From contig CP154954.1 of NCBI GenBank assembly GCA_039621445.1, positions 18,400,642 to 18,464,641 on the forward strand: DNA of 64,000 nt, written 5' to 3'. The notes below the pieces were generated by a model. It ran no database searches. It was not told the origin of the DNA and saw only the letters and a list, made by a program, of their open reading frames with translations. This document shows, piece by piece, positions 38,956 through 52,002 of this stretch; the stretch's first letter is position 1; each line of letters starts with the position of its first letter. The translations under genes and the position numbers were made by a program. Source of the DNA: Euglena gracilis (lineage: Eukaryota).

Positions 38956-39539
38956 CAGGCCGGCAAAGGTACCACCCCTCGATTCTTGAACCGTTCCAGA
39001 GTTCATTTTATACCGGTTAGATAGCTTTACGTTGTGCACATTGGATCCAACTCCCCAAATCTGAAAAAGTGTCCGATGTTTTTCTTGCAGTTGGACTGCT
39101 GGGCCAGCCCGTTTCCAACCCTCAATGTGGACCTAAAATGCATTGCCTTGTGTCTGAAACCAAACAATTTGTGCCCTCTTTGGACTAAGGACAAAGACTA
39201 AGAACTAAGGGGGGAGACCTTTCCTTTTCTATGGCTGTCCCAAAAACGTCGATTTTTGAGCACTTTTTTTGGGAAGTTCTTTATAAAAAGTGTTATGACA
39301 GTGAGCTATTCCCGTCCCCCCTATGGGAAATAGCTCGGGGGTGGCGGGGGGGGGAGGGATGGTAAGAGTACCAAGCGGCGTGGCTGAATTTGGTCGTCAC
39401 CACTAGTCGTCTGATGAAAAGAGTTTTCGATCGAGGGGTGAGTTTGTTCCTGAACAACTTTCACAGCCAGAGATCCGCTCGCGATCGTCGATCGATTTCG
39501 CAAAATGCATTTTCGGACGATTTCGGACGACACGTGATT

Positions 39540-39775
39540 GCCACAGATGCCCTAATGGAAAACGTGCCGTTGCCACAGATGCCCTAATGGAAAACATGCC
39601 ATTGCCACAGATGCCCTAATGGAAAACGTGTCATTGCCACAGATGCCTTAATGGAAAACGTGCCTGACCACAGATGCCTTAATGGAAAACGTGTCATTGC
39701 CACAGATGCCCTCATGGAAAACGTGTTCATGACCACGAATTTCAGGGCAGGCATTTGGCGGGCTGAACACGTTTT
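39540..39775. repeat. 32-bp tandem array and TIR of family B (other arrays at 35805-35865, 37610-37730, 40775-40980; solo TIRs at 34660-34735 and 50640-50715)
   Basis: Unit GCCACAGATGCCCTAATGGAAAACGTGTCATT; terminus GAATTTCAGGGCAGGCATTTGGCGGGCTGAACACGTTTTTAA. Confidence 0.85.
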
Positions 39776-42700
39776 TAAATATCTCCAAAATGAAGCAAAA
39801 TCAAAGGAAATGTCCAGAGACCAAATTTGAAGCCCTTGTTGGGAACGCCCCATCCACTGGTATTTTGATTTTCCCGCAACTGTTCGCGTAGCCCGAGATA
39901 CGGCCGTTTTTCGGCCGATTTTGGCCATTTTGTACACTTTTTTCCACTGGTGGACTTTCGGCCAAAAAAGGCGAAAAATATCGAAAAATTTTTTACCCAA
40001 AACCATGCTTTTGGGCCTCCCGGACCCGGAAAAAGGGTTTTCGAGCCGAAAATGGGCGTTTTTCGACCATCATGGCCATCATGACCCGTGATGGCCATGA
40101 TGCCCATCATGACCTATGATGCGCATCATGACCCAGGAAGGGCATCATGGGTCAAAAAAGTCGAAAAAAATCGAAAAAAAATTTTGCCCAGAACGGACTA
40201 AGGACATAGACTAAGAACTAAGGGGGAGACCTTTCCTTTTCTATGGCTGTCCCAAAAACGGGGGTCGAGTTTTTGAGCCAACTTTTTTGGGAAGATTTCT
40301 TATAAAAAGTGCTATGACAGTGGAGCTATTCCCGTCCAGGCCCCCCTATGGGAATAAGCTCGGGGGGGGGGGGAACAGCCTCGGCGGGGGGGGGGGGGGA
40401 TGGGGGGATGAATAAGAGTAAACCAAAGAAAGTACCCAAGCGGCGTGGCTATTTGTTCGTCCACCACAGTCGTCTGATGAAAAAGTTTTTCATAGAAACA
40501 TATACATATACATAATACATACCTATTACCCCATGGGAATAGTAGGCGGGGGGGGAACCGATCGGGGGGGGGGGGTGCGGGCCGCGGGGGCGGGGAGATG
40601 GGAAGATACCAGCGGCGTGCCTGACTTGCGCGTCACACTAGTCGTTCTGAGAAAAGAGTTTTCGACGAGGGGTGAGTTTGTTCCTGAACAACTTTCACAG
40701 CCAGAGATCCGCTCGCGATCGTCGATCGATTTCGCAAAATGCATTTTCGGACGATTTCGGACGACACGTGATTGCCCAGATGCCCTAATGGAAAACGTGC
40801 CGTTGCCACAGATGCCCTAATGGAAAACATGCCATTGCCACAGATGCCCTAATGGAAAACGTGTCATTGCCACAGATGCCTTAATGGAAAACGTGTCATT
40901 GCCACAGATGCCCTCATGGAAAACGTGTTCATGACCACGAATTTCAGGGCAGGCATTTGGCGGGCTGAACACGTTTTTAAAATATCTCCAAAATGAAGCA
41001 AAGTCAAAGGAAATGTCCAAAGACCAAATTTGAAGCCCTTGTTTGAACGCCCCATCCACTGGTATTTTGATTTTCCCACAACTGTTCGCGTAGCCCGAGA
41101 TAACGGCCGTTTTTGGGTTTTTTCGGCCGTTTTGGCCATTTTGGTACAACTTTTTTCCACTGGTGGACTTTCGGCCAAAAAGAGGCGAAAAATATCGAAA
41201 AAATTTTACCCAAAACCATGCTTTTTGGCTCCCGGACCCGGAAAAAAGGGTTTTCGAGCCGAAAATGGGCGTTTTTTTTCGACCATCATGGCCATCATAA
41301 CCCGTAATGGCCATGATGCCCATCATAACCTATAATGCGCATCATGACCCAGAAAGGGCATCATGGGACAAAAAAGTCGAAAAAAAATCGAAAAAAATTT
41401 TGCCCAGAACGGTGTTTTTTGGCCTCCTGAACCCAGAAAAACTGTTTTTGAGCCGAAATGAGCGTTTTTTTTTTCGACCCGCCGCCCCCGTTTTGGGCTG
41501 CCAACCCCATTGACTTTGGGTCAATATCGCGTCAAAAAAAATCAAAAAAAAATCGAGAAATTTTTTTTGGCCCGAAACGATGTTTTTTTGGCCTCCTGAA
41601 AAAGAAAAAGGTTTTTGGGCCGAAAAAATGAGCGTTTTTCGACCCGCCAGCGCCCGCCCGTTCTGGGCTGGTCAACCCACTCACTCACTTTCGGGTCATT
41701 TTTCGGGTCAAACAAAAAAAAATCGGAGAAAACAAAACGATGTTTTTTTGGGTCTCCCCAGGAGGACCCAGAAAAGAACTGTATTTTGAGCCAAAAAATG
41801 AGTGTTTCTTTTTCGACCCGCCCTCCGCCCCGGCCCCCCCCCCCGGCGCCCTGTTTCGGGCACAAAACCTTTGCATTTTCAGTCGACAGAGCTCCATGGA
41901 GTGGGCCTGGTTTATATGGGGGTGTCAAGGGTGGGTGAGCGCTTATTAAGAGCGAAGCACTATTCAAAACCTGGTCTTATATGGGGGGGCATGGTAGGCA
42001 TCTGTGGCAAGGCATGTTTTTCCATTATGGCGCTCTTTTTTCGGTCCGAATTTCACATTTTCGCGTTTTTTTTTTCTTGGCGTGAATCATGATCAGAATT
42101 TCAAGTCAGGCATTTGGCGGGCTTTGAACACGTTTTTAACCAAATTTTGGGTGAGCCCAGATTTCAGCTTGAAAACGTGTTCAGGGGGCCCCTGCGGAAC
42201 ACGTTTTCAAGCTGAAATCTGGGCTCAGCCACGATTAGTGTGCAGAAAAGGGAGGGTCGATAGCGAACAAGTACCAAATAATCCCCCCAATCTGGGACTC
42301 CATAGGTCATGACGACAGGTGGCAAGGACAAAAAAAAGAACCTCACTCCCTCAAAGTGAGCACCCTCCAGGAACTATGGGAATCCAAAATGGCCACTGGC
42401 CAATGGCCAATGGGGGGGGGACACTTTGGGGGAGAGGGGTTAAAGGCAAATCCCTTCGAGGCCGGCAGGCTTCGTCTGACAGAACGTGGTCAAAATTTCA
42501 ACCCCCAGCCCTAAAAACGGTGAACTAACCAGACCTGTTGCCGTCATCCACATGGGGTCCACAGCCCCCCCCCCCACTTCTTCCTGGTCAAAATGGACAC
42601 TCCTCAATGCAATCATGTGTGCAAAGGTCTTAAAATTTAAGCAAATTTTATAGGCCCCCAAGTCCCAAAAATGCCCGACTCAGCCTGCCCCCCCCCAGGG

Positions 42701-45700
42701 GGGCCCAGGGATGCCCTCACCCCCAGGAGATCAGGCGGTAACTTTTGGGATTTTGGACCCCATCCCCCCCCCCCCCCCGGTGAAGTTCACCACCAGAGCA
42801 CTGTTTTGGCCAAAAATGGCCAAAAATGACATTTTGGGCAAGCCTTCGGAAATTTCGACAAAATTCCATGAACCATCAACCTCAAAATGACCATTTTGTG
42901 AGGAAAAGGAGCAAAATTTCACCTCCAACCATCAAAACGGTGAAGTTCACCAGTGAACTTCACCCGTGAACTTCATCGCCGAAAGTTCCCCGCCCTTCCC
43001 CCCGGTGAACGTTCACCGGGGGGTCCGCAGCCCCCTCCCTGTACTGCCTAACCCTTGGACGGCCTCTGGGGACCTTGTTTTTGACCAAAATGACCAATTG
43101 GGGAGGGGGTTAAATTTTGCACTGACATGTTATCCTGCGACGGACCCCCTTTCGATAATCCTGCGACGCACTTTGCAGTCCTGTCCTGGCCATTGGGGAC
43201 AAGGCAGTACAGTTGGTCAAACCTTGGGACCCCCCCCCCTCCCCCCCCCCTGTACAGTTCCAACCCCCCCCTCCCGGGACCCCCCCCCTCCCCCCCCCAC
43301 TTCCAACCCCCCCGAGACAGATGAAATTTTTTTTAAAAAACGGCTTGTTTTTTCGAAACAAAAAAACATGCTTTTTTAAGGGGGTGGTGCGGGTCGCGGG
43401 GGGGGTCATGGGGGGGGGGTCACGGGGCGGGGGGGGGGGGTCACGGGGGAAGTATGACACTTTGCAGGTAGCCGGGAGGCAACATCCATGACGTGGCATC
43501 GTGATAAAATTGGTCATTTTTTGAAAAGGGAATTTTGTTAGGATTTTCTTGACCAACACGTTTTTGGGATGAAGTTTGGGCCATTTTTGACAAAATTCCG
43601 TTTTGGGTGGGGAAATGCACCAGTTTTTGGCACTTCTTTCAGGGGAAAAGATTTTTGGCCATTTTTGGGTGTGAAGGTGCATTGGGCGGACAAGGATACA
43701 TGAAAGTGCATTGTTTTTTTTAAAAAAAATGCTTTTAAAAAAAGAATGGCGAAGGATCGATTCTCGGGTCACGGGGGGGTCACGGGGGTGTAACTGGGGG
43801 GGGGGGGGCACGGGGGTAGTACCCCCTGAGAAAAAATATGTTTTTTTAAAAAAACAAAAAAAACCTCATGGGGGTTTGGGGGAATTTTTTTTGAAACTTT
43901 TTTTTTTGAAAAAAGGTTTTTTTTCATCTCTGCAGCTTCGTAGTCTGTTAAAGGTGCTGGAAAAACTAAAAATACGTCACTTTTGATGACCAAAAAAATG
44001 ACCTTAAAACCTTTTCCTCAAAAAATGGCCATTTCGCAAGGAAAAAGGTCAAATTTTGCTTTTTTAAAAAAGAAAACATGTTTTTATGTGTGTTTTTTTG
44101 GAAAAAAAACATATTTTTTGTTCTTTGTTGAAAAACAAAAAAACGTCAACCCTGGCTCAATTCCGCATGGTGTGCCAAGGGGGAGTGATTGAAGCTGCTT
44201 CCTGCCTTTCTGCTAAGTGTTTAAAGTGAAAATACTGGCTACCACTCTTTTTACAAGACACAAATATTTTGCAAAATGCATCTGAATTTCGCAAAATCCA
44301 TCATTGCCAACCTCAATTGGACGAAAAATGTCGCAACTGTCTCGGGGGTAGGCAGTACAGTTGTGATTTTCTGGGGACCCCCCCCCCCTGTACAGCTTCC
44401 AACCCCCCCCCCTCGGACCCCCTCCCCCCCCTGTGCCTTGTCTCCATTTTGGTGGGTTTACTTTTGACGAGACAGGGGCAGGATTTGGGCATGCCAAACC
44501 TTGCACATACACACAAGGGAACCCCAAAGGAGGCCAGGTAGTCCACTTCGGGACCCTGGGACCCCCCTCCCCCCCTTGTTCAGTTCACTCCGGAAGTGAA
44601 CAGGGGGTCCCCCCCCCGTGTAGTAGGGTGGTGACATTCGTGAAAAGTGGTCGGAAAGAAAAGTAAAAAATTGTGAAATTTCGTGAAATTTCAGGGGCCG
44701 GAAATTTCAGTCAACACCCTGCTATTGGCTTGTGGTCTGAAAGAAAAGTTAAAAATTGTGAAATTTTGTGAAATTTCAGGGGCCGGAAATTTCAGTCGCC
44801 ACCCTACTGTGTACCTGGATGCACCTGTTCACTTTGGGAAAAAACCGAAAACCGGAACAGCAGGCGAACACCGAAAAGGGCTTTTTCGGCACCTTCGGTG
44901 TCGGACGCCCCATCCCCCCCCCCCTCCCCCCCCTCCGGGAAGTCAACATGTCCAGTTCAGTTCAGAAGTGAACAGGGGGGGCCCCCAATACCTGGGCTCC
45001 AAAGGCGGCAGACCAGAAGAGGGGGAAAAAGATTCAGGCCCGCCAAAGAAAATTTTCTTGGCAAACCCCCGCGCACCCCCCTCCAGGACCCCCTCGCCAC
45101 GCCAAACCCCCCCCTTCCCCCCCCCAGCCAGACACCTCGCCACGGCGTGCCGACCCCCCCCCTCCAGGATGGCAAATTTGGCCGAAGGGTCGGCGGGCGG
45201 GCCAAAAGTTGGTTCAATAACCTGACACCCCGCCAGGTTATTGAGGGGGGGGGGTCTTTAAGATTTTGCCAAATCCAAAAATAAGGCTAAAACTTCATGA
45301 AACTCCGAACCCTAACCTATTTCCCCCAATAACGGCCAATTTGGCACGCTGAATTTCGAAAAACGAGCAGCCAATCTGGGGGGGGGGGAATCTGGGGGGG
45401 GGACTCAAGTCAAGGGAAGTCATTTTGGGGTCCAAAATTTTTTTGGGATTTGTGCGGAAAAGGGGTGGGGGCGGACCCACCAACCATCCTCCCCAGACCC
45501 CTCCCCGGGTTTCTGGACAGCTGCCCTTGCCCAGTGCATGGTCAATTGGAAAATGCACTGCTGGGATGTAAAGTGCATGATCGTTGAAAAACAAGATTTA
45601 AATGACTCCCAGAAGCCTTTATGAGGATTTCCTCAGAATCCCCAAAGCACACAATCCCACCTTGCACATTATTTAACATCAATATTGACGTCTTTGCTTT

Positions 45701-47532
45701 GGCTTCATTTGGTGGCTGTGGTGAGACCCGCCTCTGATTCTCATGTCCAATGTGCCCTATTTTTTTCGAACAACTCTCACAAATTCCAGGATTTCAATTC
45801 ATCCACAGGCGGGTGATGACACGACTTCGCGAAAATTATCGCGATTATATCAGGGGTTTCACCGGACGAAACGGCGGTGGGGCGAACCGAATCCACCGAC
45901 CAGTGGCGCAGCCTACTGGATTTGAAGTGTACGGGGGGGAGGCTATGCACCGATTGGGAGACCCCATGGATGAGGATAAGGCAGAGGGTGTCATCCGGTT
46001 CCCAGGAAACCTGGAAACCTGGAAGGGCGAAGAGAGGGTAGAATTAAGTGTCGTGAGGGGGAAGTAGGCTGAGAGGGCAGAAACAGGGCAGGAACGTGCG
46101 GTAACATGGGGGCATCGTAATGGCAATCTAAGCCGCATTAAAAAAATCAAAAACAAAAAAAAGCTTTTTGAAAGAAACAGAAAAAGCCAGCGAGAGTTTG
46201 GTGAATTTTTTTAAAAATTGTTAGGATTTTCCCTTGTCATTTTTGGGACGTGCAAAAAATTTTGGGCACTTTTTCAATGGTTTCTCATGTCTGGCCCCAA
46301 AGAACCTTTTGGTCGTCGGTTTGAAGGGAAAAAATCGCTTTTGTATTGTTCATTGTGTTTCTCAAATAAAGCAGTGCCGGAAATGACCACAAATTTCGAT
46401 TATGTTTCTTTTTGATCCGACGATCGCGAGCATATCTCTCACTGGTTGTGTGCAACGTTGTGGGCACCCTCACCCCCCTCAAAGTGTCTCCCCCTCAGTG
46501 TGGATAATTTTTGGCAACTTTGGTTTACCCCCCTTGAAGTGGCCATTTCTTTTGGCGCCGAAGCGCCGAAGCCCAAAAATTGCCCCCCCCCCCGCCCCCC
46601 CCCCCCCCCGAGTGGCCGTTTTGGGGTCCTGTGGTGCCTGGAGGGTGGCCACTTTGAGGGGGGGGGTGAGGGTACCAATCTCGATCGAAAGCTCTTTTCA
46701 ACAAAAATCCATCGGTGGCCATGAAATTTTCAAGGTTGTGCACTTGATAGCAAACCACTGGCAACATGGATAACAACTCTTGCCTCTTTGGCCAATCCCA
46801 CCTCCGGTCACTCCTCACAAGGTGGTGGGCCGAATGCATGCATGTTCGCCTTACTAAACTTACTAAACTGGAAGACATGTCACCTTGAGTGTCAAGGGCC
46901 ACTGTTGCCCACGTGATCCAAACAGGTCAGTCGCATGGCTTTCTCCTCTACTGTCTGGGGAAAGGCTCCCAAGGAAGCTGTGAAATGAGTGGTGGTAGGT
47001 TTAGTGGTGGTTAGGGGTATGTATACAATATGCGCGAGAAGACATTTGAGAAAAGCTCAAGGTTGTGGGAGAGGGGGAGGAGCGGTTTTTTGTGTTGGTC
47101 CGGAGGTTCGGCGTGGAGGGTGAGGGAGGGAGGAAAACTCGGTGCCTTTTCCAAGGCAGCCAAATGCCTTCTGAGTAAGGGGGTCCATGACTCCCGGTCC
47201 GAGGACGTCCTTGCCGCCCTGCGCGGACTACACCCCGTCGGGGCGGGCTTCTCCTGGTCCGACAATGACCAACAGTTAGCTTCCACCCACTATTGCTACG
47301 TCAACTCCCCAGCCGACGACCGGTTGGCAGCACTTCGTAAAGTTGCCCTCGGGTTCCCTCCGGGGAGTGCACCGGGGCCGTCTGGCCTGCGACCCGCATA
47401 CCTTGCCGAACTGTTACGGGACGGTGACAGTGGGAACCCACTCCGTTGCTGTAGGCCTTGGACGACCTTGTCCAACAGTGCACCCAGGGGTCTCTGCACC
47501 CCACGGCAGCGGAATGGCTATGCTCGGCCAAC

Positions 47533-48315
47533 CATAGGTGTAGAAGTGGGGGGTCGGGGGGGGCGGCCGCCCCCCCCTAACATTTTGGGAAGAAATTTTT
47601 TTTGAAAAGTGTGTGATTCACATTGTTTGTGGTTTTTTCAATTTCTCACACCGAGAATTCAACTTTTCATTGAACTTTAGGGTGTTTTTGCTGTTGGACA
47701 TCGCTACCGTCTCGCCGCCCTTTGTGCGGCCAAAGACGTGCTGAATTCATGGGTCGGGGGGGGCGAAAATCTCGGCAAACAGGAAAACATGCATCTTGAC
47801 TACGCTTCCAAAGCTCTTTTTTTTCAAGAGCACACAATTTTTGTTGACAAGTTTGGCAAGTTGACAAGTCTTTTTGGGGAAGGTTTTGGAAAATTGCATT
47901 ACCGTCAGCCGCCCTTCGGGCGGCAATAGATTTTTTTTGTTCCACGCAAATCCTAAGACACAAATCCTGAAACCCAAAAAGGCGTCACTCTTGCCGCTTG
48001 TTGGGCGGCTCTTCCAAATTGTGATGGATTGGTGGCATAATGTAAAAATGGCGGCTTTTTTTGTAACATTCAATGCCATCTTTCAAAAAAGCACTACCGT
48101 TTTGCCGCCCTTCGGGTGACTTAAAAGCTTCCAAGTTGTGATGGATCAGTGTCATAATGCCAAAAATTGCCACATTTTTTTTTGTAACATTCAATGCCAT
48201 CTTTCAAAAAAGCACCACCATTTCGCCGCCCTTCGGGCGGCGAGGGAAAAATGGATATTTTCAGTCTTGTCGAGGATCTCGCCCCCCCCGAGAAAAAATT
48301 ACTTCTACACCCCTG
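47533..48315. mobile_element. hAT-like MITE in the CRE RT (same family as 53724-54910)
   Basis: TIR CATAGGTGTAGAAGT / ACTTCTACACCCCTG; perfect 8-bp TSD CGGCCAAC (47525-47532, 48316-48323); removal restores CSAN|LFPLRKK. Confidence 0.92.
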
Positions 48316-49494
48316 CGGCCAACCTCTTCCCTTTGCGGAAGAAGGACGACGGGGTACGCCCGGTTGCCGTCGGGGAGACCTTTGTGGAAAAATGCCTCAT
48401 GGCTCTTCCCGAGACAGAGGACGTGGGCGCCAACCTGCGCCCGTTACAGTCCGCCTTTGGAGGCAAAAGCGCCTGCGAGCAAATTGGGATCTCGCTGCAA
48501 CATCTGAGCGCAGGGACGACCCTGACTGGGTGTACTCCAGGTCGACATACGGAATGCCTTCAATTCTGTAAAGCGGGCTGCCATCATTGATGCCGTCAAG
48601 CGCCAGGCCCCGCACTTGCTGCACTGGTGCCGCCTTTCCCTGCAGCCATCCCGTTTGTTCGTTGGGGACAACGAGATCTAGAGCACGGAAGGTGGGCAGC
48701 AGGGAGCACCCCTCGTGCCTCTCCTGTTCTCGCTAGCCATTCACGACACCCTGCTTTCGGCACCAGGACGGGGCAATTCCTTCTGGTACTTGGACGACGG
48801 GTCCATCTTGTCAGACGTCCCAACTGCTGATCGCGCCCTGGCACACCTCCAGATCGGCCTGGGCCGCCTGGGGTGTTCTCTGAATCTAACCAAGACTACC
48901 GTGTGGGGCCCAGGGGTTCGGCATATCCCCTCTCTGCATGATGATTCCGTCTTGCGTGGGGCCTTTGTTGTTCCCTTCACCCTCGACTCCGGGTCTCGGT
49001 GTTGGGCGTCCCGATCCATCACCCTTCGGATGTGTCCTTTGTTCGCCAGCAATTAGAGGTATCTCCAAGCATGAGCAAGCAACAGCACTGCTGGGCTCCG
49101 TGCAAGACCCCCAAGTCCAACTGTCCTTACTCCACTTCTGTTTCGACGCCTGTAAGTTCAGTTCTTTGTTGCGTAGTGCTCACTGCCTCCCCTTTCCCCA
49201 CTTGCTGGCCCGTGCGGACGGATGCCTCCGGGCCACTTTCCAGCAGATTTTGGATTGCTCTGTCACCGACACACAATGGGCCCAGGCTGCCCTGCCTCTG
49301 CGTTTGGGTGGTTTCGGTATCCGGCTGGTAGGCTTGTGCCAATTAATCGTTTCGGGCTGGCGAACAATTAATCGCGATTAATCGGGGTGTCTCGGACGAT
49401 TAACGATTAATTGGTCCCTTCCGTTTTTTGACAATGAAATCTCCCTAAGAAGCTGGCACTGGACTCCGTCCTGCCGGCACGTCTGAGTGCACTG

Positions 49495-49746
49495 GGGGGT
49501 CGGCACACCCCTCCCCCCCCTCCCTCACCGACCCCCTCGCCACGCCATTTTACCCCCCCCCTCCCCCCCCTTTTCAGACCCCCTCGCCACGCCACGTCAG
49601 CCGCGCCAAAGAAAATTTTCTTGGAAAACCCCCGCGCACCCCTCCCCCCCCCCATCCGGGACCCCCTCGCCACGCCAAAAAAACGCCAAAAACCCCCCCT
49701 CCCCCCCCCCCCTAGCCGGACCCCTCGCCACGGCGTGCCGACCCCC
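49495..49746. mobile_element. G-terminal TIR element (related copy at about 44896-45160)
   Basis: TIR GGGGGTCGGCAC / GTGCCGACCCCC; direct repeat CACTG (49490-49494, 49747-49751). Confidence 0.85.
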
Positions 49747-50035
49747 CACTGTTGTCATGGATCCACCATGCACCCAACTCCTTGGGCCTGAGTAACATTT
49801 CTCGCGCCCCCATTGACGGATTAAACGATCTACTATCCGGGCTGCAAAAGCACTTGGGGGATGCCTCGAGCCAGTGCGGAGATGGGCAGGAAACGGCGCC
49901 TTGACCCCTGACGACACCACCCACCACGATCAGGCATGGTGGAGCGATCAGCTGCGCCAAGCAGCACGTCCGGCATTCCTCGCGACCTTGAACGACCGAG
50001 ACCGGGTCCGCTTTGAGCATCAGAGTTCTTCCATT

Positions 50036-50268
50036 GGGGGTGTCGTCCCCGTGACCCCCCGTGACCCCCCCCCCGCCCCCCCCGTGACCCGGATTTGAAC
50101 ACCCCCCGATTTTGGGGTCCGCAAACGCACGTGCTTCAATCACAACTGCTTTCAGTATTTTTTTTCAAATGTCGCGGAAGCCGGAAACATTGAAGAGGAG
50201 GCCATATCCCCCCCGTGCCCCCCCCCCGTGACCCCCCCCGTGACCCCCCCGTGACCCGGCCCACCCCC
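50036..50268. mobile_element. G-terminal TIR element with CCCGTGACCC repeats (related copy at 43381-43826)
   Basis: Ends GGGGGTG / CACCCCC; interrupts CRE motif QSSSI..SSWIGARP; TSD imperfect. Confidence 0.65.
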
Positions 50269-50340
50269 GTGCTCGAGCTGGATCGGGGCTCGCCCCTCTG
50301 GCTGCCGGGTTTGCCGTGGACGGTGCATCGTTTCGCCTGA

Positions 50341-51067
50341 CAGGGTTGGATGGTTAATCGAAAAACGGTTTATTCGCTTGTGACCCCCCCAGTTAATCGA
50401 TCGTTTGTGGGGGAGACAATTAACCATGGTTAATCGAAAAACGGTTAATCGCTTGTGGCCCCCTTGGTTAATCGACTTTTTTTTTGAAGTTTGTGCCAGT
50501 CATTGAGCCGGCGTTGACCGAAAGGGGAAAGTTGTGTGGGCCGTTTGGAAGGTTCTTTGTGCAAAATTATTTTAAGTTTTCATTTCTCTTTTTCAAGGAA
50601 AGAATTGTCGCAGGAAATCATTGATTTTGTTGGCTGTTTAAGAACGTGTTCCGCCCGCCAAATGCTTGCCCTGAAATTTGTGATCATGAACACATTTTTC
50701 ATTAGGGCATCTGTGGCTGGGCACGTGCTAACAATTATTTTTATAGACTTTTCAAGTGCGTTGCGCTGCGCACTCACTTCAACTTTTGATGAAAGATTTG
50801 TAAAACATACCTCCAATGCATGAGGCTTGTCGTTTGGGTGAAAGCGTCTTGACGCATTTTGAGGATTTTGAGGAGGCAGAAAAGTTGCAGCATCACTCAA
50901 CAACACTACTCAAGGGAAGGGACATTTTGAATTTTTTTGTGGCGGTTAATCGAAATTAATCGAGGGGAAAGCACAATTAATCGAAAATTGGTTAATCGCT
51001 TGTTGACCCCCAGTTAACCATGGTTAATCGCTTGACCCCAATAATAACGGTTAATTGCCCAACCCTG
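50341..51067. mobile_element. hAT-like MITE with 7-bp TSD and TTAATCG subterminal repeats
   Basis: TIR CAGGGTTGG / CCAACCCTG; TSD CGCCTGA (50334-50340, 51068-51074). Confidence 0.88.
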
Positions 51068-51335
51068 CGCCTGATGATGAAGTGGCATCTGGGGTTGCAT
51101 CATCCCGTTGAGCCTGGCAGGTTCACCCTGCCCCTTGGGTTGCGGGCAGGTGGTGGATCCCTTTGGGGATCACGCTCTGTGCTGCCACAAGAACAAGTTG
51201 TGGGAGCGCCACCACCGGTTCAACACTTTCTGGGTGCCCAGCTGCAGGCCCGGGGGATCCGCCATGCTCTCGAGATTTCTGTGGGGGCGGCTGGCCGGCT
51301 AGCCGTCCGAGCCGTCCGGACCTCTTCAGCTGGAC

Positions 51336-51746
51336 TAGGGCTGTTTCGATTAATCGACTAATCGATTAACCGTTCGTCATCGCCGATTAATCGAATCGTT
51401 CGGCCCATGGCTGTTAATCGTTCATTGTGTGGATGTAAACCCAACAAACACAAAATTGGTTGAAATCAACAAAAATTAGTGGGTTGGTCAGACAGATAGC
51501 ACACGACTTGATGGTACACCGTGAAAACGGTTGTTAAAAGTGCCAACAAGTCACCGAACGTGCCCGTGAAACATCTCACGATTCTGATTAAGATACAGCA
51601 GTTCCTAATGTTCTATATTAGAATTTTCAAGCAGATTTCATTTTCAAAAATCGGAAGGGACCAATTAATTGTTAATCGCCCGAGACACCCCGATTAATCG
51701 CGATTATTCGGGGTCCAGCCGGAAACGATTAATTGGCACAACCCTA
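51336..51746. mobile_element. hAT-like MITE with 7-bp TSD (truncated relative at about 49329-49447)
   Basis: TIR TAGGGCTGT / ACAACCCTA; TSD GCTGGAC; many TTAATCG motifs. Confidence 0.85.
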
Positions 51747-51930
51747 GCTGGACCAATGCTGGACGCCCAGCCGTCCGTCCGGACGAAGCATTTTTTCGCC
51801 AGCCGTCCGTCAAGCCGGACCAATGTCTGTCTTGCCAGCCGGCCGGACCAAAAAAAAATTTCCTTCCTTTCCGAAAAGCAGTCATAGCTTCCCTCTACTC
51901 GTCGCGTCAAATCAGGAAAAACACGAAGCT

Positions 51931-52002
51931 GCCCCCCGGCGGGATTCGAACCCGCGATCTACCGGTCACACGCTAACCACACGACCGCTATACCACGGGG
52001 GG
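51931..52002 (-). pseudogene. tRNA-derived sequence (tRNA pseudogene or SINE head)
   Basis: Minus strand: acceptor stem CCCCCCG/CGGGGGG, A-box-like TGGTATAGCGG, perfect T arm GCGGG-TTCGAAT-CCCGC; the anticodon arm does not pair. Confidence 0.7.

Larger units (their letters stand above)
36590..41973 (+). mobile_element. family A element, copy 2, split by a nested insertion and partly duplicated
   Basis: 36591-36927 matches 57602-57931; homology resumes at about 39777 (AAATATCTCCAAAATGAAGC); ends AAGAGCGAAGCACTATTCAAAACCTG. Confidence 0.7.

Noticed and set aside
39540-39725. 32-bp repeats resembling a CRISPR array
   Set aside because: Units are head-to-tail with no unique spacers, there are no cas genes, and the context is eukaryotic transposon DNA.
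45750-46067. 105-aa plus-strand ORF
   Set aside because: No recognisable motif or splice context.
51931-52002. functional tRNA gene
   Set aside because: The anticodon stem cannot pair; kept only as a tRNA-derived sequence.
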